Part shown: in pieces, positions 20,423-29,669 of the stretch
Layout of the letters: every line of letters begins with the position of its first letter
How positions within the stretch are numbered: the first letter of the stretch is position 1
NCBI GenBank assembly: GCA_963664015.2
Contig: CAXXLF010000001.1
Coordinates: forward strand, 448,001 to 512,000
Source of the DNA: Candidatus Binatia bacterium
Lineage (GTDB): Bacteria > Desulfobacterota > Binatia > UBA9968 > CAXXLF01
DNA length: 64,000 nt
Reading direction: 5' to 3'
Notes under the pieces: generated by a model
What the model was told of the DNA's origin: nothing
What the model saw: only the letters and a program-made list of their open reading frames with translations
The model's database searches: none
Program-made: the position numbers and the translations under genes

Positions 20423-21083
20423 TCGAGCCGTCGCTCAAATGGATGACCCGATGGCCGTAACCCGCTGCCGCAGGGTTGTGTGTGACCATGACCACCGTAC
20501 AGCCTTCTTCGCGGTTGATGCGTTGAATCAGTTCGAGAATGGCCTCGCCGGTCTTGGAATCCAGGTTGCCTATAGGCTCGTCGGCCAGGAGGATGGGAGG
20601 TGTGAACACCAGCGCACGAGCGATGGCGATACGCTGGTTCTCACCGCCGGAAAGCTCTTCGGGAAGATGGTCCAGGCGTGAGGTGAGTCCGACGCGATCG
20701 AGCAGGCCCTTCGCCCGGTTTCTGGCCTTGGCCCTCGACTGCCCGTCCAAGATCAACGGGAGCATGACGTTTTCCTGGGCGGTCAGGGTCGGCAGCAGAT
20801 TGAAGAATTGAAAGACAAATCCGATTTTTTGCCGTCTAAAAAGGGTCAGGGGCGTGTCGGGCATCTGCGAGATGATACGTCCGGCGACCATCACTTCTCC
20901 AACCGTCGCTTGATCCAATCCCCCCATGAGATGAAGCAAGGTACTTTTGCCCGATCCGCTGGCCCCCATGATGACGGTAAACTCTCCCTCTGGGATTTGC
21001 AGGGAGACCCCCGCCAGCGCCGAGACCTCGTTCTTGCCTTGTCGGTAAACCTTTCGAACGTTGAACAAGCGGATCATGGTCAA
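20397..21083 (-). CDS. LolD/MacB-like ABC ATPase
   Basis: GASGSGKST, IGFVFQFFNL, LSGGE, ADEP.GNLD. Confidence 0.93.
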   Translation of the reverse strand: MTMIRLFNVRKVYRQGKNEVSALAGVSLQIPEGEFTVIMGASGSGKSTLLHLMGGLDQATVGEVMVAGRIISQMPDTPLTLFRRQKIGFVFQFFNLLPTLTAQENVMLPLILDGQSRAKARNRAKGLLDRVGLTSRLDHLPEELSGGENQRIAIARALVFTPPILLADEPIGNLDSKTGEAILELIQRINREEGCTVVMVTHNPAAAGYGHRVIHLSDGSIAEDHGRR

Positions 21084-21121
21084 AGAATCATTCGGACGGA
21101 AGCCGGGGAATCGAGTGCCCC

Positions 21122-21508
21122 TCAGTCAGCGCCGTTCCCCGTATTACGGGTCAAATGAGGTGCGCGTAAGTTAGGCATGTCACCGCCGTCATGAGTGAAA
21201 GCCTCTACCTCTTTCAAGTGGCGCTGGACGGTTTCCATAAACGAATTTAGATCGACCCCTTGGTACATGAATCCATAGGGCGCGAGCTTGTCCAGGCCCG
21301 AGCGCATGAGCTTGAGGGTCCCCATGGGGACGTTTTGCTCCCATTTAAAATAGGCCGCCGCGATCTGGATAATGCCCTGGTAGAAATCCCGGTCCTCGCC
21401 GTGCTCTTCCAGCCAGATCTCCTCCAGCGTCTCGTGGCATTCGAAAAAGAGCTCCCCGTTGAACTCCTCGATCCCTTTGAGAAAGCGTGCGTCCGGTGTA
21501 TTCTCCAT
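21122..21508 (-). CDS. DUF309 domain protein
   Basis: FFECHETLEEIW, QGIIQIAAA; the ORF-track N-terminal extension is repeat-derived, so the likely start is ATG 21508. Confidence 0.88.
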   Translation of the reverse strand: MENTPDARFLKGIEEFNGELFFECHETLEEIWLEEHGEDRDFYQGIIQIAAAYFKWEQNVPMGTLKLMRSGLDKLAPYGFMYQGVDLNSFMETVQRHLKEVEAFTHDGGDMPNLRAPHLTRNTGNGAD

Positions 21509-21694
21509 GAAGCCTCCACGGGCCTGGGCCGAGGTATCCTTCATTTCTTCGGCGGAATCCGTCGAAGCACCTACGTTCGCCAAGGCTACGGCAGGTCCGA
21601 CAGTCGCATCCATCCATGGGTTCATTCAACCTTCGTAGCCGTAGGCTATTACGGCGGAGTAGGCCGCCCATGGTTTTCTGGAAAGGCGGATTGA
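21508..21694 (-). mobile_element. IS200/IS605-like palindromic element, copy C (longest, two inserted modules)
   Basis: TGAAGCCTCCACGGGC...CCATGGG...CCCATGG...GAAAGGCGGATTGA. Confidence 0.75.
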
Positions 21695-21757
21695 CTTGAC
21701 ATCCCGTCGTGAGTGGTCTACTCACTTCCTTCGTTTATAGCATGGGCCTCGGGAACA

Positions 21758-23056
21758 ATGACAGAGACTGAAGAACCAGGCGCAGAAATTCGCCTCGATA
21801 TCGATTCACTGACCTACGGGCTAAATGGTATCGGCCGCGATCAGGGTCGCGTCGTGCTCGTCCCGGGCACCGCTCCCGGCGACAGGGTCGAGGTTCGAAT
21901 CACCGAAGCTAAAAAGAACTACGCCATTGGCGCAGTGACCCGCTTGCTCAAACCCGCCGCCGTGCGGCGGCAGCCCCCCTGCCCTTACGCTGGTAACTGC
22001 GGGGGATGTCCCTGGCAGCACATCGAGTACGAGGCCCAGCTCGCCGCCAAAGAAAAGTGCATCGAAGACGCGCTGCGTCGCATTGGAAAGCTGAAAGACT
22101 TCGAAATGCATCCCATCCTCCCGTCACCGAAGGAATTTCGCTACCGGCGCCGCATTCGCCTGCACTGTGACGTCGACAGAAGACTTGGTTTCCACCGCGC
22201 CGCAACCCACGAAGTGGTAGAGATCGATTCCTGCTTAATCGCGGACCTCAAGGCGGAAAAAAACCTTGCGACGGCCCGCACGTGGGTCCGTGGGTTGAAG
22301 ACCGAGATCCGTTACCTGGAAATCGTGGTCGGGGACCTGGGCAAAAAGGCCATGCTGGTGGGCAAAGCGGAAGGCGCATTTCATCCCGATGACGATGGAC
22401 TGTGTAAAGAACTATTGGAACAGGTTCATCAGGTGGGCGGCCTGATTCTTTCAGGACCGGGCTGGCGGCAATCCTGGGGCGAGGCGACCACCCTTATTCG
22501 CCTGGATAGCGGCTCTTGGGCCGAGGTGGATGGCGACATCTTCATGCAGGTCAACCGGGAGGCCAACCATCGCCTCGTCGACCAGGTCCTCAGCTGGGGC
22601 GAATTGGGGCCCGCGGACCGGCTGCTCGAGCTCTATTGCGGCGCGGGGAACCTCACCTTGCCCATGGCCCGCTTGAGCCGGGAGGTCGTGGCGGTGGAGC
22701 GAAACCGCCGCTCCATCGAGAGCGGAAAGAAAACCGCCCGGTTCAACCGGGCGGAAAATATTCACTGGGTCTGTACCGATGTCTTGAAGGCCGTAAGCCG
22801 GATGGCCAAGAGGGAAGAATGCTTTTCCAAGATCATCCTGAACCCGCCCCGAGCGGGAGCTAAGGGACTGGATCAGGACCTGCCGTCCCTGAAGGCCGAA
22901 AAGATATTTTATGTCTCCTGCGACCCGGCCACTTTGGCCCGTGACCTGCAGGCCCTGACCCGCAAGGGTTATCGCCTCACTCGCATCCAACCTATGGATC
23001 TGTTTCCGCAGACTTTCCACGTAGAGACCCTCGCCGAACTGGATCGCGTCTTTTAA
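21758..23056 (+). CDS. rlmD: 23S rRNA m5U1939 methyltransferase (TRAM domain)
   Basis: CPY...CGGCPWQH Fe-S motif, F.QVN, LELYCG.G, PPRAG, YVSCDPATLARD, DLFPQT.HVE. Confidence 0.92.
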   Translation: MTETEEPGAEIRLDIDSLTYGLNGIGRDQGRVVLVPGTAPGDRVEVRITEAKKNYAIGAVTRLLKPAAVRRQPPCPYAGNCGGCPWQHIEYEAQLAAKEKCIEDALRRIGKLKDFEMHPILPSPKEFRYRRRIRLHCDVDRRLGFHRAATHEVVEIDSCLIADLKAEKNLATARTWVRGLKTEIRYLEIVVGDLGKKAMLVGKAEGAFHPDDDGLCKELLEQVHQVGGLILSGPGWRQSWGEATTLIRLDSGSWAEVDGDIFMQVNREANHRLVDQVLSWGELGPADRLLELYCGAGNLTLPMARLSREVVAVERNRRSIESGKKTARFNRAENIHWVCTDVLKAVSRMAKREECFSKIILNPPRAGAKGLDQDLPSLKAEKIFYVSCDPATLARDLQALTRKGYRLTRIQPMDLFPQTFHVETLAELDRVF

Positions 23057-23074
23057 CCAGTGGCGGGGAGCTAG

Positions 23075-23310
23075 ACGTCAGAAATCAGAGATCAGAGGTC
23101 GGAGATCGGCGCGAGCCAGAAGTCAATGGTCATTAGTTATTGGTCAATGGCAAAGGCGGCAAAGCGTTAAGATTCAAGCGACTAGTGTTAAGTGTTGAGG
23201 GAATGAAGGGGGTAGGGTGTTGAGCCTAGCGAGTAATTCCGGACCCAATACCCTAGACCCAACCCCCTGCACCTCTTCTGAGAACTGATTACTTAACACT
23301 CATCACTGTC
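23075..23310. repeat. Heptamer tandem arrays, partly inverted
   Basis: gtcagaaatcagagatcagaggtcggagatc; gtcaatggtcattagttattggtcaatgg; gtgttaagtgttgag...acttaacactc. Confidence 0.7.
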
Positions 23311-23339
23311 CGCGCTTGGCGCTTCGCACCAAATCATAA

Positions 23340-23478
23340 GCGGCCTACGGCTACGAAGGCCGGATAAAGAAATGGATGGATGCGACTGTCGGATCTGCCG
23401 TAGCCTTTGCGAAGGTGGGTGCTTCGGCGGATTCCGCCGAAGGAAGGATACATCGGGCATGTGCCCGTGAAGGCTTCA
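23340..23478 (+). mobile_element. IS200/IS605-like palindromic element, copy D (opposite orientation, one end degenerate)
   Basis: ...GCTTCGGCGGATTCCGCCGAAG...CGGGCATGTGCCCGTGAAGGCTTCA. Confidence 0.7.
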
Positions 23479-24414
23479 TGGCTTCCGGCTTACTGGGGGA
23501 AGGATCTTGAGTTGGATACGGAGTTGCACAGGCCCTGTAGCACCCAAGGCGGGCTCGGCGGGGACGATTTGACCGGTTTTTACAGTGCCCATAGAGGCCA
23601 GTTCCGATTTGAACCGTTCGAACTGATCCGCGGGTAGGATGATCCAGAGGGTTTGAGGCTGTAGGGAAGATTCGGGTTTTTGTTTCTTGACCGCGTCTGC
23701 AAATTGTAGTCTCTGCCCGTTGAAGCTTTTGACCAGTGGGACGATTCTCTCCTGGACTAGTCCCTCGCCCTCCTCTTGACTCCGGAGCTGCAATACCAGC
23801 TCGAACCGGCCGGCCAGACTGGTCGCCGCCTCTTTTTTCTCCGCCCTTAGTGTGGCCGATGACTGACGCGTCTCTTCGAGCAGGGCATTTTGCGACCTTA
23901 GCGTACCAGCGGAAGCAACCTGATCATCGAGCCTGGCTCGTTCCTGTGACAGGGCTAATGGCACTGCGGCCCGTGGCGCTTTAGCCAGGTCCGTCTCCCT
24001 AAAATCCTCGCCCTCGGTCGTGGGCGCCTTGACCGGTGCCGTCTCTGAAATCTTTCGCTGCGGCATCTCGTTTTTCTGATAAACATAGATGCCCAGGATA
24101 CCGACAAGGAGCAGCATCGCAGCCTGCAGCGCCACCTTGATTCTGAACGGTAAGAAGAGTCGCTCCCAGAGACCAGGTCTTGCCGCCTCTTCCCGCACCT
24201 GGACCATAACCCGTCGCGAGAAACCCGGTGGGGGCTCCACCGACGGCAGGTTCCCCACGCTCTTGATCGTGTCGGCCAGGGATTCCGATTCAGCCAGGCA
24301 GATGGGGCAGAGATAGAGGTGATCTTCCACCGCCCTGTGTCGTCCGGATTCGAGATTACCCTCCAGGTAGTCGGAGAGCCAGGCCTGGATCTCTTCACAT
24401 TCTTTTACTGCCAT
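23476..24414 (-). CDS. Zinc-finger (zf-HC2) transmembrane anti-sigma factor
   Basis: HL..C..C motif, TM helix, translationally coupled to the ECF sigma gene. Confidence 0.85.
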   Translation of the reverse strand: MAVKECEEIQAWLSDYLEGNLESGRHRAVEDHLYLCPICLAESESLADTIKSVGNLPSVEPPPGFSRRVMVQVREEAARPGLWERLFLPFRIKVALQAAMLLLVGILGIYVYQKNEMPQRKISETAPVKAPTTEGEDFRETDLAKAPRAAVPLALSQERARLDDQVASAGTLRSQNALLEETRQSSATLRAEKKEAATSLAGRFELVLQLRSQEEGEGLVQERIVPLVKSFNGQRLQFADAVKKQKPESSLQPQTLWIILPADQFERFKSELASMGTVKTGQIVPAEPALGATGPVQLRIQLKILPPVSRKP

Positions 24415-24980
24415 TTTTTCCCGCCAAAATGGGACGAGAGTTTGTCTTTGAGCGCCTGCCGCGCGCGATGCAACCGCGGCTTGACCGTTCCAAGCGGCAC
24501 ATCGAGTAGCGTCGCAATCTCCTCGTAGCTTACCTCCTGCAGGTCGTGGAGAACGATCAGTAGCGCGTCATCGGCCTGGAGACGGCTGAGCCCCTGCTGA
24601 ACTAGATCGTGAAGCTCGCGCTGCTCGACTTCCTTGGCCGGGTCCAACGGCGAATCGTCGGCTGGATCCGAGTGCTCCGCTGCCTCCTGGCGCTGCCTGG
24701 CCAAAGCCAGGCTCTTTTGACGGTTCTTTGCATGCTTCACGCCGATCCGATAGAGCCAGGTGGCAAAGCTCGAATCACCGCGAAAGCACTTGATGGCCCG
24801 AAACGCTGAGAGAAAGACCTCCTGGGCGACGTCAGAAGCCTCGTCGTAGTTCCCCAGCCAGCGGTAGAGCAGGTTAAAGATCCTCGTCTCATGGCGCCGG
24901 ACCAACACCCCAAAAACATCCGTATCCCCCGATTGAAACTTCTGGACGCACTCCCAGTCGCTAACCCCCTCATGATCCAT
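24405..24980 (-). CDS. ECF sigma-70 factor
   Basis: DVAQEVF, F.TWLYRI, SYEEIA..L.VP.GTVK.RL.RAR. Confidence 0.93.
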   Translation of the reverse strand: MDHEGVSDWECVQKFQSGDTDVFGVLVRRHETRIFNLLYRWLGNYDEASDVAQEVFLSAFRAIKCFRGDSSFATWLYRIGVKHAKNRQKSLALARQRQEAAEHSDPADDSPLDPAKEVEQRELHDLVQQGLSRLQADDALLIVLHDLQEVSYEEIATLLDVPLGTVKPRLHRARQALKDKLSSHFGGKKWQ

Positions 24981-25025
24981 TAGACATTCGTTGGTCCCAA
25001 AAGGTTCCAGGAGTCTTCGACCCAA

Positions 25026-25436
25026 TTATTCGGCGGGCGGTAATTCCTGGAGTGCACGGTCATATAACTGGACGATATCCGGTAAGCGTTTGGAGAGTTC
25101 GGTCCCCACCACCGACGGGTCCACCGAATGGGCAATGTCCGAGTAGCCCGTATGCTCGATCAGGGCGGGAAGCTTGGTTTGAAGCTGGTCCATTACCCAC
25201 ACAAGAGGATTGGGGGATTTTGTCCTGTCAAAATTATGAGTTTCCCCTTTTCCTGTGGGGTCGTAATGATAATGAGGGCTATTTTTGAAGCAGTCGAAGC
25301 GGAGGAGCTCGACCTTTTTCTCGCTCCCGTTTCCAGAGACCCTTAAGCTCACACCAAAATCTCCTCCACCGGAGCGACGGGCCTCGACCATTAATTGAAC
25401 GCTACCACTTCCGAATTCGATCTTATTACAATCCAT
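25026..25436 (-). CDS. Hypothetical protein (LLRFDCF...PHYHY motif)
   Basis: Clean ORF with GGGGGG RBS; function unknown. Confidence 0.7.
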   Translation of the reverse strand: MDCNKIEFGSGSVQLMVEARRSGGGDFGVSLRVSGNGSEKKVELLRFDCFKNSPHYHYDPTGKGETHNFDRTKSPNPLVWVMDQLQTKLPALIEHTGYSDIAHSVDPSVVGTELSKRLPDIVQLYDRALQELPPAE

Positions 25437-25552
25437 AGCCCCCCCTTTGGCAAAAACCCCGGATTATACCGGGATGGGGAACAAAGATGTTGAACGGCCG
25501 ACCCGGTCTAATCGACGGCGGCCGACCCTAACAGGGACCGCCGTAGCAATCA

Positions 25553-26272
25553 CTAAGCCGCCTGAGGCTTTTTCGCCTTATAGGAGTTGAGATACTTGAG
25601 CCCCTCAGCAAGCGGCAGCACATCGGCATACTTTTGATTCATATCGAAGAGGTCCATGGCATGGGCGGCCTCATGCCGGTCGAAAACGCACTCCTCGACC
25701 ACGTTCATACGGTACCGGTTGGTGCAGCCGTCGACGACGCTTGCGCGTACACAGCCGCTGGTGCTCTCACCGCAGGTAATGATCGTGTCGACACCCAGAA
25801 AGTTTAGATGTCCCACGAGAGGCGTTCCCCAGAAGGCGCTCGGGGATGCCTTACGCAGCACCACCTCACCCTCAATGGGCTTTACCTCGTCCACAATCTC
25901 GAACTGGCGCTTGCGACGGTCAAGAGCTTCCGGACTCGACTCTGCCTTATTCTGTCCCGGACGATAGGCCCACGGCTTGACACCGGCACCATCCAGCCCA
26001 GTGAGATGGACGATGGGGATTCCGGCCTCCCGCGCTGCGGCGAGGAGTTTTTGGATGTGGGGTAACGCGTTCCAACCGGCCAGCCCACAGCTACCCGGCC
26101 ACGTCTTTATGGCCTCCAATAACGGTTCCGGCTTGTCTCCAAAAACCCACCGATAAAGATCGATAAGAAGTAGGGCCGGTTTCTGTCCCAAACCCACACT
26201 CCTTGCCCCTTTTGCGGCTACATGGGCCTTGTCTTGCTCGGTGAGAAAACGATCCCATACTCGTTCTGCCAT
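25553..26272 (-). CDS. Isochorismatase-family cysteine hydrolase (maleamate/N-carbamoylsarcosine amidase-like)
   Basis: ALLLID, K..PSAF.GT, G.STSGCVRASVVD. Confidence 0.9.
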   Translation of the reverse strand: MAERVWDRFLTEQDKAHVAAKGARSVGLGQKPALLLIDLYRWVFGDKPEPLLEAIKTWPGSCGLAGWNALPHIQKLLAAAREAGIPIVHLTGLDGAGVKPWAYRPGQNKAESSPEALDRRKRQFEIVDEVKPIEGEVVLRKASPSAFWGTPLVGHLNFLGVDTIITCGESTSGCVRASVVDGCTNRYRMNVVEECVFDRHEAAHAMDLFDMNQKYADVLPLAEGLKYLNSYKAKKPQAA

Positions 26273-26453
26273 GGAAGACCTCCTTTATTAAAGTATGCCA
26301 AAGTATACGCAAGATCGACTGACTCTTATTCAGCCATAATTATCACTGCCAACCTCCCGGCGTCAACCCAAGGTCCAAGCTATTACCTGGGGTGACTTGG
26401 CCCGACCGTGAGGTTGTTCAGATTGCAAAATGTCAAATGGATTGAGGCCCCCC

Positions 26454-27812
26454 TCAGGCGACCAGTGTCTTTTTCTTCGTGACCTCTTCAGCCTTCCGAT
26501 AGAGCTCCTGAAGCAATTCACGGTCGGGGCAATAACGATCCACATCGTCATCCATATAGCTCGATCCACCGGCAGCCACCTTGTGATAGTTCCCCCGGTA
26601 ATATTGGCCTGTCTCGCGAAACTGCTCCTGGGCAGGCACGGGAGGCTCCAAACGCTCGTTGTTGACCGGGTCTCGGAAGACGTTCATGGGCTCCCCGCCA
26701 TTCTTCACAACCTGAATCTGCTCTTTTAAAAGTTTCCGATAATCGAGGATGCATCGGTCGGAAGTCGTTAGGTGTTCCTGAGTCCTATCGACGAGCTCCC
26801 CCTGCGCATACCATGCCACCATGTCCTGCCCTAGTACGTAGTCGAGGATGTACTCCCCTTTTTCATTTTTCAAAGAGACCTCGGCATAGGGAGGAGACGC
26901 CTGATTCGGCACCTCTATTTCAGTCGGAAAAACGTAACAGTGATAGGAGATATGCCACGTGGTGGTGTCGTCCACCGGCACACCGATCTGATACACCTGC
27001 CGTATCCTCTGGCGATGGCCCGAATGCAGGGTATTCGGGAAAAGCACCGGGTTCATTCCGACGTTCCAGGTGGGTTGATCCTCACTTTGATCCGACGGGA
27101 GGGTCCCCTTGGTAAATCCGTACTCGTTAGGGATCGTACGGTATTTCGTATAGACGCCTTTTTTCAGATTCTCCTCTTGTTTTTTCATTGTGGCGTTGAA
27201 CCGCCGGGTGGGATCGTCGGTCAAGCGGCCCTGACGCTCCAGAACGTACTGATGCAACCGTCCGTGTAGGTAGACAACGTGCCCCAGATCTCCTCGGTTC
27301 TCCATGACCTGAAGCCAGTTGCATGGTAACCAGTGCCCGACGATCTGCCGAAACCCATCTCCCCTTACGAAAAGATCCCAGCGCGGGAGGAGCGGCATAG
27401 GCTCGGGCCCCAGGTAGGCCCAGATAAGCCCTCCCATCTCCTCAACCGGATAGGCCGTGATCTTTATCTTATCCTTATAAGTGCTGTCCGGCGGCTCCAG
27501 CGGTTGTTCCAGACAGCGTCCCGTCTTATCGTAAAGCCAACCGTGGTAGCAGCACCTCAGCCCTTTTTGTTCGGGGATTCCGAACTCCAGATGCGACAGG
27601 CGATGGGCGCACCGAGGCCCAACGAGACCGAGCTCACCTGACCTATCCTTATATAGGACCAGTTCCTCACCCAGGATCTTGACTTTACGAACCGGATTTT
27701 CGTCAAGCTGTGCCGTAACCGCCACCGGATGCCAGTAACGCCGCATAAGGTCGCCGCAGGGCGTGCCCGGACCGACTCGGCTCATCATATCGTTTTCTTC
27801 AGGCCCGATCAT
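26454..27812 (-). CDS. Rieske non-heme iron oxygenase alpha subunit (phthalate dioxygenase/LigX-like)
   Basis: CAHR...CCYHGW Rieske motif; EN..D..H...LH and QD iron ligands. Confidence 0.92.
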   Translation of the reverse strand: MIGPEENDMMSRVGPGTPCGDLMRRYWHPVAVTAQLDENPVRKVKILGEELVLYKDRSGELGLVGPRCAHRLSHLEFGIPEQKGLRCCYHGWLYDKTGRCLEQPLEPPDSTYKDKIKITAYPVEEMGGLIWAYLGPEPMPLLPRWDLFVRGDGFRQIVGHWLPCNWLQVMENRGDLGHVVYLHGRLHQYVLERQGRLTDDPTRRFNATMKKQEENLKKGVYTKYRTIPNEYGFTKGTLPSDQSEDQPTWNVGMNPVLFPNTLHSGHRQRIRQVYQIGVPVDDTTTWHISYHCYVFPTEIEVPNQASPPYAEVSLKNEKGEYILDYVLGQDMVAWYAQGELVDRTQEHLTTSDRCILDYRKLLKEQIQVVKNGGEPMNVFRDPVNNERLEPPVPAQEQFRETGQYYRGNYHKVAAGGSSYMDDDVDRYCPDRELLQELYRKAEEVTKKKTLVA

Positions 27813-27890
27813 ACGGTGATTTTCCCATCCCTTTCGTAAATATTGAAGGGTTCCTTATTCCATGGTGACCATGCCTACCGACCGTTTGGG

Positions 27891-28325
27891 TTAACCTGCC
27901 AACCAGCGATCAAGAGACAAAACTCCCCCACCACCAACCAAAAGCGCCAGGTTCATCAAAAGAAGAACCAGACAGTACTCAATCCCGCTGCCACTTCCCG
28001 GGCCGTGGGCCATAAAGAAACCATTCCCCCAGTGGCCCTTCCGCATCGCAACCCACATGAAGATCATGAGCCCCAGCACAACCAACCTGGTCATGAATCC
28101 GATCACCAGCGCGAAGCTGCCAAAAAATTCGGTGAAGACACCGATAACCCCGATGGCGACGGGAATCTGATACCTTTCGTTCCAGTTAGTGACGGTTGAT
28201 TTTAAACCACGCCCGCCGAACCAACCGGCAAAATGCTGCGACCCATGAGCGAAGAATACGACGGCGAGACATAAACGAAGGATAAGCAATGCCGGGGAGG
28301 ACTCGCTCTGAAAGAATACATCCAT
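27891..28325 (-). CDS. DoxX family membrane protein
   Basis: LR....FF.HG.Q, EF.G...L..G..TR, GIEY, G.G..SLD. Confidence 0.9.
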   Translation of the reverse strand: MDVFFQSESSPALLILRLCLAVVFFAHGSQHFAGWFGGRGLKSTVTNWNERYQIPVAIGVIGVFTEFFGSFALVIGFMTRLVVLGLMIFMWVAMRKGHWGNGFFMAHGPGSGSGIEYCLVLLLMNLALLVGGGGVLSLDRWLAG

Positions 28326-28599
28326 GAGTACACCGCCTTTTCAACTAGGTGTGCCCGTATGCTATCCGGCCCTCTCCTACCTTGTCAAGGGATTGGAACA
28401 CGCACCGATGGGACCCGGGCTGCACTCGCCGGACGGACCGAAAGTTTTGTAATATAGCCTTTGGGTCCATGCCTATAGACTTGACGACTTCGATACCATC
28501 GGTCAAAGTTGCCGTGGGTTGCCGGTTCCTAAGTACCCGCGGCGATTTTAAAAACAACTGGGTCCATTAACGTCCCGATCAAAACACGAGGGGATTACT

Positions 28600-29613
28600 A
28601 TGGAGCGAGAGGAAACAGGATTTAGCTTTATTAGTTTAAAGTCACTCGCAGACTTTTTAAACTTTAGCTTCGTCCTTATGGATAGCACCACCCTTGATGC
28701 ACTCAGATATCAATACGGCCAATGGCCGGTTAGTCTGGCTGCCAGCTTATGGACTTGGGACCCAGATGACGCCGTATCCGAAAATGACGCCTGCAACCTT
28801 CAGCAAGAATTACAGCGAGACCTAACCCCGATCATCCCGCCGGCCAAGGTAGACAACCCGACAGAAGCCTACAAGCGAATCGACAAATTGTTCAAAAAAA
28901 TCAACGACGTGGGTTTGCACACCGGGTGGTCTATCGATCCTGTTGAACATACGTGGGCACCGGTCAGACACTCCTCTGAATTCGGAGCCTTTGAATTGAT
29001 AAAAAAGGCACCAGTTAAAAAACTGGAAACATCTGAGACTCTCTCTTCGCCACAACGGGTTATAGACGTTTTGGGGTACAAGTGGTTCCTTGGCCGGGTC
29101 CCGGAGGGATTTTCAACAACCCTTTCGCGGGACAAGCTGTACCTAGTCATCCTAGACGCCCTGGAGAGAGGGGAGTTTTCGAGGCTTAAAAGGTGCCAAT
29201 CAGACAAGTGCCAAAAGTTCTTCATTGCCGATCCTCCGGGAAAGAGTTTCTGCAATCCAGAACACACATTGGAGGCGGACGAGAATGAAGCCACAAGGCA
29301 CGTGAGAGAGCAACGGATAGAGGAAGAAGAAGAAAAACAGAGAAAAGCGTGGCCGTCGTCTGAACGCAAGGCCTTCGTCCTTTTCTTAAAATTGCTAAAA
29401 CAGGCTAGGACAAGAAAATATGGCAAAGAAAGCCCGGGCAACACGGAACCAACAACTCATGCCTTGGACCAGTGGGAGAAAGGGTCTTCACTCAATGAAA
29501 TATGGCTCGGTTTTGATGCTGAGGTGAAAAACACTTTCCAGGCGACTACGAGAAATAGAGCTAAACGCAAAGGGAAACCCCCTGAGGCAAAAACAAGGAA
29601 AAGGCGACCCTAA
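28600..29613 (+). CDS. Hypothetical protein with a CGNR-type zinc finger
   Basis: RLKRCQSDKCQKFF...FCNPEH; more AT-rich than neighbours; GAGGGG RBS. Confidence 0.6.
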   Translation: MEREETGFSFISLKSLADFLNFSFVLMDSTTLDALRYQYGQWPVSLAASLWTWDPDDAVSENDACNLQQELQRDLTPIIPPAKVDNPTEAYKRIDKLFKKINDVGLHTGWSIDPVEHTWAPVRHSSEFGAFELIKKAPVKKLETSETLSSPQRVIDVLGYKWFLGRVPEGFSTTLSRDKLYLVILDALERGEFSRLKRCQSDKCQKFFIADPPGKSFCNPEHTLEADENEATRHVREQRIEEEEEKQRKAWPSSERKAFVLFLKLLKQARTRKYGKESPGNTEPTTHALDQWEKGSSLNEIWLGFDAEVKNTFQATTRNRAKRKGKPPEAKTRKRRP

Positions 29614-29669
29614 CGAATGGCATCCCGGTTTAGTGTTTTGGTATTAATCAGATTGACGGGAGGGTATTA

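Noticed and set aside
21509-21625. N-terminal extension of DUF309 (MNPWMDATVGPAVALANVGAS...) and similar peptides at 44978-45301 and 10142-10468
   Set aside because: These are translations of the repeated element, not conserved protein.
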